A stretch of DNA of 42,013 bases from positions 1 through 42,013 of the forward strand of contig CAZWEM010000043.1 in the NCBI GenBank assembly GCA_964632315.1. The letters run 5' to 3'. Shown in pieces: positions 28,215 through 38,718 of this stretch (positions within the stretch are counted from its first letter, which is position 1; each line of letters opens with the position of its first letter). A program made the position numbers and the translations under genes. A model generated the notes under the pieces. The model was not told where the DNA came from. It saw only the letters and a list, made by a program, of their open reading frames with translations, and searched no databases. The stretch comes from an uncultured archaeon (lineage in GTDB: Archaea > Asgardarchaeota > Lokiarchaeia > Sigyniarchaeales > SOKP01).

Positions 28215-29183
28215 TTACTCGTTCTTCAACTCAAACTTGATATTCTCGAATTTATCATGAATTGATTTGTAAATCTTAAATTTTCCATCATTCAATGCTT
28301 TTTTAACAAAGTCTTCGATTTCCCCTTCTTTCACCAATTCTTCGAATACAATTTTTTCCATTTTATACAATAACAGCTGTAGTATCTTATATTCAAACCG
28401 ATTTTGTCTTTTTTCAATAAGCAATTCTGAAAGCTCTAAATGCTCTTTATGATCATTAATCTGTTCGATAAGCTTATCAACACCTTCTCCTGAAAGAGCA
28501 TCAGTCATTGATACAGGAGGCCTCCAGCCCGTTTCAAAAGTGGTATCATCCAACATCATCTCAACTTGAACCGCCACATCTTCCCCACCAAGATCTTTTT
28601 TGTTGACATCATAGATATCACCAATTTCAATAATACCGGCTTTTTGCATTTGAATCGCATCGCCATAACCTGGTACTAGCACCACTACAACTGTATAAGC
28701 TAGATTATAAATATCAAATTCGGCTTGTCCAACTCCAACAGTTTCAATAATAATAAAATCCATCCCAAATGCTTCGTATAACAAGCTAATGTCAAAAACT
28801 GCTCTTGATATACCACCCTTAAAACCACGAGAAGCAAGACTTCGCATAAATACATTCGGATGTAAGGAGATATTCGTCATTCGAACTCTATCTCCAAGGA
28901 AAGCACCTCCACTGAATGGACTGGTTGGATCAACACATATAATCCCAATGGACTTTCCAGTATCCAATAATTTTTGCACTATAGCACCAGTAAGCGTGCT
29001 TTTTCCCACGCCAGGTGAACCAGTTATTCCAACGATGTAGGCATCATTTTTAATATCTTCAAAATGAGAAAATATTTCAGACGCAGTTTCGGGTTCATTC
29101 TCTAAAATTGTTATCAATTTCGCTAACGCAATTTTGTCTTTTTTCTTGAATCGTTCAATTAAAGCTTCTAATTCATCTTTCAA
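28215..29183 (-). CDS. meaB: MeaB/ArgK GTPase chaperone of B12-dependent acyl-CoA mutases
   Basis: GITGSPGVGKST, VDPTSPFSGGAFLGDRVRM, ETVGVGQAE, GDAIQ..KAGIIE, NKKD. Confidence 0.95.
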   Translation of the reverse strand: MKDELEALIERFKKKDKIALAKLITILENEPETASEIFSHFEDIKNDAYIVGITGSPGVGKSTLTGAIVQKLLDTGKSIGIICVDPTSPFSGGAFLGDRVRMTNISLHPNVFMRSLASRGFKGGISRAVFDISLLYEAFGMDFIIIETVGVGQAEFDIYNLAYTVVVVLVPGYGDAIQMQKAGIIEIGDIYDVNKKDLGGEDVAVQVEMMLDDTTFETGWRPPVSMTDALSGEGVDKLIEQINDHKEHLELSELLIEKRQNRFEYKILQLLLYKMEKIVFEELVKEGEIEDFVKKALNDGKFKIYKSIHDKFENIKFELKNE

Positions 29184-29398
29184 GTTAACAATTCCCCAGT
29201 AGGTTGTTCAAAAAATATTGATATGATAAAAAATATTAGGGGTCTTTTTTATTTTTTGAGAAAGCCAATATAAAAATTTCACTTTCCTCACAATTTGTAT
29301 TAATATTATTTCAAAAATACAAATTTTACGTTAATTTTTAATTGACTCCATTATTGTTGGAGAACTAATTACCTTACAACTTTAATTGGGGATAATGT

Positions 29399-30811
29399 AT
29401 GTCTGAAGAATATTTACCAACAAAGTCAAAGATAGCTTATGGAGGAATTTCATTTATCAGTGGGATTTTTTCTAATTTAGTTCTAGCAACATCGTTTACT
29501 TTCTTTTACAATGTAAAACTTGGGCTAAATGAATATTGGACGGGACTTGCATGGCTAATATTTATCATTTGGAACACGTTGAATGACCCATTATTTGGAT
29601 TTCTTGAGGATCGTACTAAATCTAAAAAATATGGAAGAAGAATTCCATATATTCGATTTGGGGGAATAGTTTATGGAATTGTATTTATATTAAGTTGGAT
29701 TCCATTTGTCAGCAGTTATAATCAGTTTGCTTTATTCTTAAACATGCTAATTGTACTATTTGCGTTTGATACGTTATTTACCTTAATAGGTTTAATCTCA
29801 TATTCATTACCTGCTGAAATGGCTATAACTGGTGCTACACGTTCGAGTCTGAATGTATTTGGGTCTATTGGAGGGGCATTCGCATTATTATTATCTTTTA
29901 TGATTCCTGCTTTGTTATTAACAGGAGATGAACCCGCGGGAAGTGATCCCAACTTTCCAATATTTCTCTTTACTGTGTTCTTCTTAGGTATTGCCGGAAT
30001 AATCATTTTATACGTGAGTAGTTATTTTATAAAGGAGAATAAATATACAATATTAGAAGAACCACTTACTATTAAGTCTAGCATCGTGGAAACATTTAAA
30101 AATCGAGGATTCTTGATATTCGAATTGTCTAACTTTTTCTTTTTAATCGCTCAATATATACTAACGAATGGAGTTCTTTATTGGGTAAGTTTTGTTCTTG
30201 GGTTATCTGGTTTCACGGCAATGCTCCCTTTACTCATTTTTTTCGTTGTTATATTCGTATTTTTCCCAGTATATAATAAATTGATTGTAAAATTCGGATT
30301 AAAAAAGATCTTTTTCTCGGTATTAATTTTCACAGGGATTTCTTTTATCATTTCTTTTTTTATAGCGTGGAATTTTTATCTGTCTTTTATAGCTATGGTA
30401 TTAATCGGGATTGGAATATCAGGATACTTTATAACAAATCAATTAATTATGGCAGATGTGATTGATAATGATGAGATATTAACGGGAAAAAGAAGAGAAA
30501 CAAGTTATGCTGGAATGAACGCATTGTTAACAAAACCCACAAATTCATTAGGTCCTTGGATATTACTGTCAGTTATAAGCTTATTTGGATTCGATAATAC
30601 TCCTGGAGCAATTCAAACTGATTCGGCGAGATTAGGAATAATGATTGCTTTCACAATAATTCCTGCCATCCTAATCCTAATTAGTGCATTCTTCATAATT
30701 TACTTTCCTCTAAGCGGACCAGAATGGCACATGAAGAAAGAAGAATTACATAAAATTCATAAAGAAAAAGAAAAAGCATACTTGGATCATATTAGAAATC
30801 AAGAAACTTGA
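29399..30811 (+). CDS. MFS transporter, glycoside-pentoside-hexuronide (GPH/MelB) family
   Basis: WNTLNDPLFG..DRTKS..GRRIPY, ADVID.DE..TGKRRE..Y. Confidence 0.9.
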   Translation: MSEEYLPTKSKIAYGGISFISGIFSNLVLATSFTFFYNVKLGLNEYWTGLAWLIFIIWNTLNDPLFGFLEDRTKSKKYGRRIPYIRFGGIVYGIVFILSWIPFVSSYNQFALFLNMLIVLFAFDTLFTLIGLISYSLPAEMAITGATRSSLNVFGSIGGAFALLLSFMIPALLLTGDEPAGSDPNFPIFLFTVFFLGIAGIIILYVSSYFIKENKYTILEEPLTIKSSIVETFKNRGFLIFELSNFFFLIAQYILTNGVLYWVSFVLGLSGFTAMLPLLIFFVVIFVFFPVYNKLIVKFGLKKIFFSVLIFTGISFIISFFIAWNFYLSFIAMVLIGIGISGYFITNQLIMADVIDNDEILTGKRRETSYAGMNALLTKPTNSLGPWILLSVISLFGFDNTPGAIQTDSARLGIMIAFTIIPAILILISAFFIIYFPLSGPEWHMKKEELHKIHKEKEKAYLDHIRNQET

Positions 30812-30929
30812 AAAAATAATTTAATTCTTACTTTTTATTTTTAATTTTACCCCAACCTTAAAGGTTTATTACATTTAAACTTTTAATGAATTATAATATA
30901 TACGCTATTACTAATTTTAATTCAAGAAA

Positions 30930-32108
30930 ATGACTATTAAAACTTCCTATATTGTAAACTTAATCTGTACAAATTGTGGTAAGCAATTTAATGTTGATGA
31001 AAAGAATGGGTTATGTACCTCGTGTGGAAAGGTATTATATCCTAAATATGATTTAGAAAGTGCTAAGGAAACTCTCTCAAAGCCAAAAATTGAGCAACGA
31101 AAAACTTATAACATTTGGCGGCTCCATGAATTAATGCCCGTGAAGAATGATAATTTCAGGATTACACTAGGCGAAGGATGGACGCCCATTGTAAAATTGA
31201 ATAACTTTGGTAAAGAATTAAGTTTAGATGAAATTTATTTGAAAGATGAAGGACAAAATCCAACTGGGACGTTTAAAAGTCGGGGTTTGTGTGCTGCTGT
31301 TTCTAAAGGTTTAGAATTAGGAGTGAAAGATTTTGCAATGCCTAGCGCTGGTAACGCTGGAGCTGCTTTATCAGCATATGCTGCTCATGTAGGAGTAAGA
31401 GCACATATTTTTGTACCTAAAGATACCCCAGAACTAATCCAAAAAGAGATAAAACACATGGGAGCCGAATTAACTTTAGTTGAAGGCTTGATAAGTGACG
31501 CTGGTAGAGTTGCTAAAGAGGAGTGTGAAAAGAACAATTGGTTTTCAGTTTCAACCCTTAAAGAACCATATAGAGTAGAAGGAAAGAAAACAATGGGTTT
31601 GGAACTAGCAGAGCAATTTGATTGGACTCTACCAGATGTGATCGTGTATCCAACTGGAGGAGGTACTGGTATAGTGGGTATGTGGAAGGCATTTGAAGAA
31701 ATGGAGTCTTTAGGGTTGATAGGCAGTGAGAGGCCAAAGATGGTTTCAGTGCAACCTTCTGGCTGTCAACCAATTGTAAGAGCATTTCAAAACAATGATA
31801 AATATGCAATTCCTTGGGAAAATGCCCATTCTTTCGCAAGCGGAATTCGAGTACCTGGAGCGATTGGAGATTATTTAATTTTAAATGCTTTAAGAGAATC
31901 TAGGGGAACTGCTATTGCTGTTGATGATTCAGAGATAAAGGATGCAATGTATTCATTTTCAAAGGTCGAAGGGATCATGGTATGTCCTGAAGCTGCTGCT
32001 ACAATTGCTGCGGTTGACAAATTAAGGGCTGAAGGATTTTTAGACACAAAAGATAAAATTGTGTTATTTGTAACGGGTTCTGGACTCACCACTCCTAATG
32101 ATTGGTAA
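30930..32108 (+). CDS. thrC: Threonine synthase family PLP enzyme
   Basis: N-terminal CxxC...CxxC, TLGEGWTP, KDEGQNPTGTFKSRG, SAGNAG, YRVEGKKT, PTGGGTG, TGSGL. Confidence 0.85.
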   Translation: MTIKTSYIVNLICTNCGKQFNVDEKNGLCTSCGKVLYPKYDLESAKETLSKPKIEQRKTYNIWRLHELMPVKNDNFRITLGEGWTPIVKLNNFGKELSLDEIYLKDEGQNPTGTFKSRGLCAAVSKGLELGVKDFAMPSAGNAGAALSAYAAHVGVRAHIFVPKDTPELIQKEIKHMGAELTLVEGLISDAGRVAKEECEKNNWFSVSTLKEPYRVEGKKTMGLELAEQFDWTLPDVIVYPTGGGTGIVGMWKAFEEMESLGLIGSERPKMVSVQPSGCQPIVRAFQNNDKYAIPWENAHSFASGIRVPGAIGDYLILNALRESRGTAIAVDDSEIKDAMYSFSKVEGIMVCPEAAATIAAVDKLRAEGFLDTKDKIVLFVTGSGLTTPNDW

Positions 32109-32344
32109 TAGAGAGTTAGTATTATTACTAAACTTCCAAATAAAATTGTATATAATCTTTTTATTGAGAGATTTAAAAAAGTTATTTTAAGGTTTTCTGA
32201 GTTCATTTTTTATTGAATATATTCAAAAATAGAACTATAAAGCAATAATTTTTAGTGATTATGTTTTTTAATCTTATTTCCCTTAGGTGTCTCAACCTCG
32301 AGTGATAATATCATATTAAATTATAAGATAAGGTAATCGAACCC

Positions 32345-34702
32345 ATGAGTGAAGCTGAAGGTTTAACAACTGAAGAAGTGAAACAAAAATTAGAAACTTA
32401 TGGTTACAACTCTATTCCTGAATTAAAACCTAATCAAGTGTTACAATTTTTTAAAAAATTTTGGGGTCTTACCCCTATAATGTTAGAGGGTACTATTATT
32501 CTTGAGTGGTTAATTGGAAAACAAATTGAATCTTTAATTATATTGGCTCTTTTATTTTTTAATGCACTTGTAGGATATTTACAAGAGAGAAAAACTAATT
32601 CTTCTTTAGAGCTTCTTAAACAACAATTACCCGTGAATGTGAGAGTTTTACGAGATCATGAATGGATTGTCATAGAAGCAAAAAATTTGGTTCCAAACGA
32701 CGTCATTCGTTTGAGATTGGGAGATTTTGTTGTGGCAGATGCCCAGATTATGAAGGGCAACTTAAGTGTTGATCAATCTTCTTTGACTGGAGAATCTCAA
32801 TTGATAGATAAATCTACGGAAGACATTATATATTCCGGATCTATGGTCAAAAGAGGCGAAGCAACTGCAATTGTTGTAAAGACGGGTATTAATACAAAAT
32901 TTGGACAAACTGCTGAGTTAATTCAAACTGCTAAACCAAAACTACATATTGAAGCTTTTATTTCCAAAGTGGTCAAAATATTACTTTTAATAGTTATTTT
33001 TTCTTTATTAATTGTCATTGTAGTTTCTTTAATTGATAGTGCAGATATTTTCCAAATCTTACCTCTCTTAGTTTTGCTACTCGTCTCAGCTATTCCAGTA
33101 GCATTGCCCACTATGTTTACAATCAGCATGGCGTTAGGTTCTCTAAAACTGTCTAAAATAGGTTTACTCATAACTCGATTAGATGCAATCGATGATGCAT
33201 CAACAATGAACATTCTTTGTGTTGATAAAACCGGAACCATTACGCTTAATAGACAACGGATCACTGATGCCATTCCCACAGAAGATTATAGTAAGAATGA
33301 TGTGATTACATTTGGAGCGTTGGCGTCTGAAGCAGCAGATCAAGATCCAATTGATATGGCATTTATTTCAAAATTTAAAGAGTTTGAAGTATCACCCCAG
33401 AATTACAATCGAATTGAGTTTGTACCTTTTGACCCTAAATCTCGAAGGACAGAAGCTCTCGTGACAATTAAAAATGAGAATTTGTACATTATGAAAGGAG
33501 CTTTAAATGAAATATTCAAAATCGTAAATGAGTCAGAAGAAAAAATTATATCCTTGCAACAAAAAATTACGAGTGAAGTACCTAAAGATCGTAAACTTAT
33601 CGCTGTAGCAGCTGGAGAAACAAAAGAAAATTTGAAATTAGTTGGAATTGCTATAATATTTGATGAAATTCGGTCTGATACTCCACATTTCATATCCGAA
33701 CTTGGAGAATTGGGGATATCTTTAAAAATGTTAACAGGAGACGCTTTATCCATCGCAAAAGATGTTGCAGAGAGCATAAAATTGGGTACAAATATAAAAA
33801 AAGTGTCTGATCTTAAATCTACCATAATAAAAAAAGGATCACGGGATCTATTAGAGAGTGTTAATGGATTTGCAGAGATTTATCCCGAAGATAAATATTT
33901 AATTGTGAAACGTTTTCAAGAATTAGGTCATGTTGTCGGAATGACGGGAGATGGAGTGAATGACGCTCCTGCGTTAAAGCAAGCGGAGGTGGGGATTGCT
34001 GTGAGTAATGCGAATGATGTTGCTAAAAATGCAGCGAGCGCAGTTTTGACAGTTGATGGTCTCGAGGGTATTGTAGAATTGATTAAGCAAGGTAGAAAGA
34101 TCTTTCAAAGAGTTTTAATCTGGATTACAAATAAAATTATAAAAACTTTTTACACTGTCTTATTCATCATCTTAGCCAATTTAATACTTCGAATTAATAT
34201 TATTTCTTCCCTTCACATCATTCTTTTCTTATTCTTAACGGATTATGTGACAATCTCAATTTCCACAGACAATGTTCAAGTACCATATCAACCAGAAACA
34301 GTTAAGATGAAACGAGAAATAATATTAGGATGCATTTTAGGAAGTCTTATTATCTTAGAAGGTTTTGGTCTATTACTCTTCGGAGATTTGTTATTTAATA
34401 TTTCAGAAAACATCCAAAATCTACAAACATTTGTTTTTACATTTCTAATATTTATAGGTTACTTCTCTCTATTAAGTATTAGAGAAAATAGACATTTTTG
34501 GTCATCCAAACCAAGCAATTTTTTGTTGATTGCGATGTTAATTAATATTCTTATAGTATTCATCATTTGCCTTTTAGGTTTTGCTGGATTTTCTGCGCTC
34601 TCGTTAAGTGAAATCGGTTTTGTATTTTTTTACAGCATTTTTATTGCTTTTCTTATCAATGATTTCATAAAATTTTACATTAAAAAATACTTTTGCTCAT
34701 AA
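32345..34702 (+). CDS. P-type ATPase type IIIA (plasma-membrane H+-exporting ATPase)
   Basis: DQSSLTGES, AIPVALP, DKTGT, QDPID, MKGA, MLTGD, GDGVNDAPALK, TM6 Asp in LTDYVTI. Confidence 0.9.
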   Translation: MSEAEGLTTEEVKQKLETYGYNSIPELKPNQVLQFFKKFWGLTPIMLEGTIILEWLIGKQIESLIILALLFFNALVGYLQERKTNSSLELLKQQLPVNVRVLRDHEWIVIEAKNLVPNDVIRLRLGDFVVADAQIMKGNLSVDQSSLTGESQLIDKSTEDIIYSGSMVKRGEATAIVVKTGINTKFGQTAELIQTAKPKLHIEAFISKVVKILLLIVIFSLLIVIVVSLIDSADIFQILPLLVLLLVSAIPVALPTMFTISMALGSLKLSKIGLLITRLDAIDDASTMNILCVDKTGTITLNRQRITDAIPTEDYSKNDVITFGALASEAADQDPIDMAFISKFKEFEVSPQNYNRIEFVPFDPKSRRTEALVTIKNENLYIMKGALNEIFKIVNESEEKIISLQQKITSEVPKDRKLIAVAAGETKENLKLVGIAIIFDEIRSDTPHFISELGELGISLKMLTGDALSIAKDVAESIKLGTNIKKVSDLKSTIIKKGSRDLLESVNGFAEIYPEDKYLIVKRFQELGHVVGMTGDGVNDAPALKQAEVGIAVSNANDVAKNAASAVLTVDGLEGIVELIKQGRKIFQRVLIWITNKIIKTFYTVLFIILANLILRINIISSLHIILFLFLTDYVTISISTDNVQVPYQPETVKMKREIILGCILGSLIILEGFGLLLFGDLLFNISENIQNLQTFVFTFLIFIGYFSLLSIRENRHFWSSKPSNFLLIAMLINILIVFIICLLGFAGFSALSLSEIGFVFFYSIFIAFLINDFIKFYIKKYFCS

Positions 34703-34798
34703 TCTGTCAATGATCTAATCTGTAGCTTTTTAGTTTAATAGAATTGAGGTAGTATCGTTTACAATCATCAATATATTTCCTAAATTTAGTAAATCAAT

Positions 34799-35353
34799 TT
34801 AGTTTTCTTTAATAAATTTGTAAATTATTGAATCTTCAATCCAAGCCCAATGAAACATGGGCTTTTTGAGTTTTAAGGATAAGCTAAGATGGTTTTTTTT
34901 CATTTCTTTACTAAGATTTTCAATGCTTATTGAATTGCTCATTCCTTGATGGGTTGCGTTATATAATACTAAACCATTCATTTTTAACACACGGTTAGTT
35001 TCTTTAATAAGTTCCTTTCTTAGGTTTTTGTCTAGTAAATGAAGGACATCAAACCATAATACTACGTCTATCGATTCATCTTTAAATGGAAACTCAACTT
35101 CTCCAGAGGTCTTATGAAATTCAATATTCTTTATATTATTACTCTTAATCTCGCTTAATAATTCTTTTACTAGATCTCTTTCATCAGAATCCAATGCAAA
35201 TATACTTCCCTTTGATCCTACTATTTTTGAAGCGATAATTGAATATATACCAGTTCCGCATCCAAAATCTAGAATCTTCTGACCTTCTTTAATACCAAGT
35301 TCGCGAAGAACATTTCCTCCGATTTTCTTTTTCCATTCTCTTAAATCAGTCAT
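34799..35353 (-). CDS. Class I SAM-dependent methyltransferase
   Basis: ILDFGCGTG, SIDVV..FDVLH, RVLKMNG. Confidence 0.88.
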   Translation of the reverse strand: MTDLREWKKKIGGNVLRELGIKEGQKILDFGCGTGIYSIIASKIVGSKGSIFALDSDERDLVKELLSEIKSNNIKNIEFHKTSGEVEFPFKDESIDVVLWFDVLHLLDKNLRKELIKETNRVLKMNGLVLYNATHQGMSNSISIENLSKEMKKNHLSLSLKLKKPMFHWAWIEDSIIYKFIKEN

Positions 35354-35507
35354 TATGCGTAAAATGAAAAGTTTTCTAATGTAAAAAATATTAGAAAGGT
35401 TATAAAATCTATAATAATAGAGATTAAATTAATCAATTCTTCGAAAATATTTTTTGAAAATTTAATCTTTCCCATAGATTAATATAATTTATGGTTGAAT
35501 TCTTATT

Positions 35508-36905
35508 ATGGAATATATCGAAGAACCAAAAAGGAAAGTTCCGATTTTGGCAGAAACAGATGTTTTAGTAGTCGGTGGGGGGCCTGCTGGGATTTCTGCG
35601 GCGTTAGCAGCTGCAAGAGAAGGAGCAGATACAATAATAATAGAACGCTATGGTTGCTTTGGGGGTGTTATTACTCAAACAATGGTAGGGACAATTGCTT
35701 GGTATCGTTACGCAAAAACCGTAGATGCTGGAGGGATCGGATTGGAATTTGAGCGAAGAGCCAAAGAATATGGAGCTACTATAAACATTATAGGGAATGT
35801 TAAAAACAAGGAAATGTTGGCTACATTAGAACAAGAAGGATTAATTAAAGATGGAGAACCTACATATGAAGTTCTTGACACTGAAAAATTTAAATTTTTG
35901 ATCGATGAGTTAATACAAGAAGCAGGAGTGAAACCATTACTACATTGCTATGTCACGGATGTGATTATGGATGATGAGAAGTTAATCGGTGTTATTACAG
36001 AAAGTAAATCTGGAAGACAAGCGATATTGGCAAAAAGAATAATTGATGCAACTGGGGATGCAGATGTTTCCTTTCATGCTGACGTTCCCTTTCGAAAAAA
36101 TCCAAAAAATGAGCTAATGGAAGTAACAGTGAATTATGGATGCAGTGGTATTAATATTGGTAAATTCCTAATGTATATTTATCTAAATCCTGGGAAAATA
36201 GGAGATTGGGGTGAAACACAGGATGAAAATGCATTCAGTACTTACCTTGTTGAACCATTTAATAAAGCAAGGGAAGCGGGTGAAATTCCGGAGGATGTGA
36301 ATATAGAAAGCTATTGGACTAATTATACAGATGCGGGAGAGATAACCTCGTTCAATGGTATCCATATGAATAACATAGATCCTACAGATGTATGGGATTT
36401 AACTAAAGCTGAAATAATGGGGAGGCAAAGAGTAATATGGGCAGTCAATGCATTGAAGAGGTATGCGCCTGGATTCAAAAAAGCTAGACTCAGAACTATT
36501 GGTTCCTCACTTGGAGTAAGAGAATCAAGGAAGATTATTGGTGAATATGAAATCACTGAAAATGATGTGAGGAATCAAGCTCGATTTGAGGATTCAATTG
36601 GAATCTGTCCTGAATTCATCGACGGATACGGTATAGCTATAATGCCAAAAACAGGAAAGTATTTCCACGTTCCATATAGAATTATGCTTCCGAAAAAAGT
36701 GGAAAACTTGCTTGTAGCAGGACGATGCGTTGCGGGAGATAAAATTTCTCACGCCGCAACTCGGCAGATGTGTTGTTGTTTCGTCACTGGGCAAGCAGCT
36801 GGAGTTGCTGCTGCGATATCTATAAAAGATCTAACTACATTTAGAAACGTGGATATCCATAAAGTTCAAACTGTATTAGAAAAACAAGGAGTGAGGATTA
36901 GCTAA
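35508..36905 (+). CDS. FAD-dependent oxidoreductase
   Basis: DVLVVGGGPAG, IDATGDAD, GVRESRKIIG, VPYRIMLP..NLLVAGRC, GQAAG. Confidence 0.9.
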   Translation: MEYIEEPKRKVPILAETDVLVVGGGPAGISAALAAAREGADTIIIERYGCFGGVITQTMVGTIAWYRYAKTVDAGGIGLEFERRAKEYGATINIIGNVKNKEMLATLEQEGLIKDGEPTYEVLDTEKFKFLIDELIQEAGVKPLLHCYVTDVIMDDEKLIGVITESKSGRQAILAKRIIDATGDADVSFHADVPFRKNPKNELMEVTVNYGCSGINIGKFLMYIYLNPGKIGDWGETQDENAFSTYLVEPFNKAREAGEIPEDVNIESYWTNYTDAGEITSFNGIHMNNIDPTDVWDLTKAEIMGRQRVIWAVNALKRYAPGFKKARLRTIGSSLGVRESRKIIGEYEITENDVRNQARFEDSIGICPEFIDGYGIAIMPKTGKYFHVPYRIMLPKKVENLLVAGRCVAGDKISHAATRQMCCCFVTGQAAGVAAAISIKDLTTFRNVDIHKVQTVLEKQGVRIS

Positions 36906-37006
36906 GCAATATTAATTCAAGTTTTACATCAAAATCGGTCTACAATTTCCTTTAATAATAAAAAAATCTTATTGTAATATTAAATTTAAAGTTAAAAATT
37001 TTTAAA

Positions 37007-37579
37007 ATGAAAGCACTAATCTTAGATGGATTTCAGAATGTAGACGATTCTATCGAATCCATAAGCAAGGGGATTATAGAAACTCTTAAAGAGCATAGTT
37101 GGGAGGTTGAATCTATCTTTCTAAAAGAACGTGACATTACTCCTTGTCAAGGGTGTTTCGATTGCTGGGTTAAAAATCCAGGATCTTGTAAAACCGATGA
37201 TGATGCAAGGGAAATCCGTAAAAAATGGGTTCAAAGTGATCTAATAATCCACTACACTCCTATAACGTTTGGGGGTTATTCATCTCAGCTTAAAAAACTC
37301 ATGGACAGATTCATTCCAGTTTTACTGCCTTTTTTTCAGAAGATTGATGGAGAGATCCATCATAAATTCCGCTATGAATCAAGACCTTCAATAATTGTAA
37401 TTGGTTATTTAAATAAGCCCAATGATGCACAAGAAAAAACTTTTAGAAAGTTAGTAAAGCGAAATTCATTAAATATGGGTGCTCCCTTACATGATGTCAT
37501 CATTCATTCAGAAAATGGCGATAAATCAGATTTATTTAATCAATTTAAAACATTAATTAGTAAATTGGAGGTAAAATGA
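37007..37579 (+). CDS. Flavodoxin-fold iron-sulfur flavoprotein-like protein
   Basis: PCQGCFDCWVKNPGSC (CX2CX2CX7C), TPITFGGYSSQLKKLMDR. Confidence 0.85.
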   Translation: MKALILDGFQNVDDSIESISKGIIETLKEHSWEVESIFLKERDITPCQGCFDCWVKNPGSCKTDDDAREIRKKWVQSDLIIHYTPITFGGYSSQLKKLMDRFIPVLLPFFQKIDGEIHHKFRYESRPSIIVIGYLNKPNDAQEKTFRKLVKRNSLNMGAPLHDVIIHSENGDKSDLFNQFKTLISKLEVK

Positions 37580-38256
37580 TGTCGGAAACAAAATCAGCTC
37601 TATTATTAGTTGGAAGTCCGAAAGGTGAAATCAGTACTTCAGCATCTTTAGGGAATTACTTATTACAATTATTAGCAGAGGCAGATTTTAAAACGGCTAA
37701 AGCAATTATCCATCGCTTTGTAAATAGGAGTGAAAAAGTTGAAGAATTATTGTCAATGGTCAACAATGCGGATATAATTATCCTTTCATTTCCACTATAT
37801 GTTGATAGCTTACCAGCACCGGTTATAAAGGCAATGGAATTAATAAGAGATAATGGAAATGAGGGGCAAAGAAAAACTCAAGACTTTATTGCTATATCAA
37901 ATTGTGGATTTCCAGAATCGAGCCAAATAGAGGTTGCATTAGAGATCTGTAAAAATTTTGCGGAAGAAGTTAATTTTAATTGGAGAGGTGGATTAGCATT
38001 AGGTGGAGGAGGAGCTGTGAATGGAAGACCTATAGATGAACGAGGAGGAATGCTTAGAAACGTAATTAAGGGACTTGAGATTACTGCTGAATACTTGAGT
38101 AAAGGAGAAGATATCCCAAATAAAGCCATTGAACTTGTTTCAAAAAGTATAATTCCTTCAGGCATGTATAAAATGATGGGAAATTTAGGATGGAGAATTC
38201 AAGCTCGGAGATATGGAGTTTTAAAAAGAATGAAGGACCAACCAGATCTTAATTAA
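37576..38256 (+). CDS. Flavodoxin-fold NAD(P)H-dependent oxidoreductase
   Basis: VGSPK...STS, FPLYVDSLP, NCGFPE; ATGA stop/start overlap with the upstream gene. Confidence 0.82.
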   Translation: MMSETKSALLLVGSPKGEISTSASLGNYLLQLLAEADFKTAKAIIHRFVNRSEKVEELLSMVNNADIIILSFPLYVDSLPAPVIKAMELIRDNGNEGQRKTQDFIAISNCGFPESSQIEVALEICKNFAEEVNFNWRGGLALGGGGAVNGRPIDERGGMLRNVIKGLEITAEYLSKGEDIPNKAIELVSKSIIPSGMYKMMGNLGWRIQARRYGVLKRMKDQPDLN

Positions 38257-38307
38257 TCCAATTTTAATTAAAAATTTCTCAAAAAAATTTAAAAAAATAA
38301 AAATACG

Positions 38308-38706
38308 CTATTTTTTCACATTTTCACGGATGAAATTAACAATTTCTGAAGTCATCGAGCCAGGACCATAAACATTAGCGACACCAATTGATCTTAACTT
38401 TACGAAATCTTTAGCAGGAATTACTCCACCAACTAAGATAAGAATGTTTTCAAAGACACCTTTTTCTTTTAAAATGTCAATAAGTTGTTGAGTATATGCG
38501 AAATGAGCTCCCGAATGAATGCTTAACCCGATCACATCAACGTCCTCTTGAATGGCAGCTGCAGCTATTTGTTCAACATTTTGAAAGCCTCCAAATATTA
38601 ACTCCATTCCAGCATCTCTTAAAGCACGTGACACCACGATTCCCCCTCTCCAGTGTCCATCTATTCCTGGTTTTGACATTAAAACTCTAATCTTTTTTTC
38701 TGACAT
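38308..38706 (-). CDS. B12-binding small subunit of acyl-CoA mutase
   Basis: KPGIDGHWRG (DxHxxG), AIQEDVDVIGLS, VGGVIP, YGPG. Confidence 0.93.
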   Translation of the reverse strand: MSEKKIRVLMSKPGIDGHWRGGIVVSRALRDAGMELIFGGFQNVEQIAAAAIQEDVDVIGLSIHSGAHFAYTQQLIDILKEKGVFENILILVGGVIPAKDFVKLRSIGVANVYGPGSMTSEIVNFIRENVKK

Positions 38707-38718
38707 TCAAATTACCTC

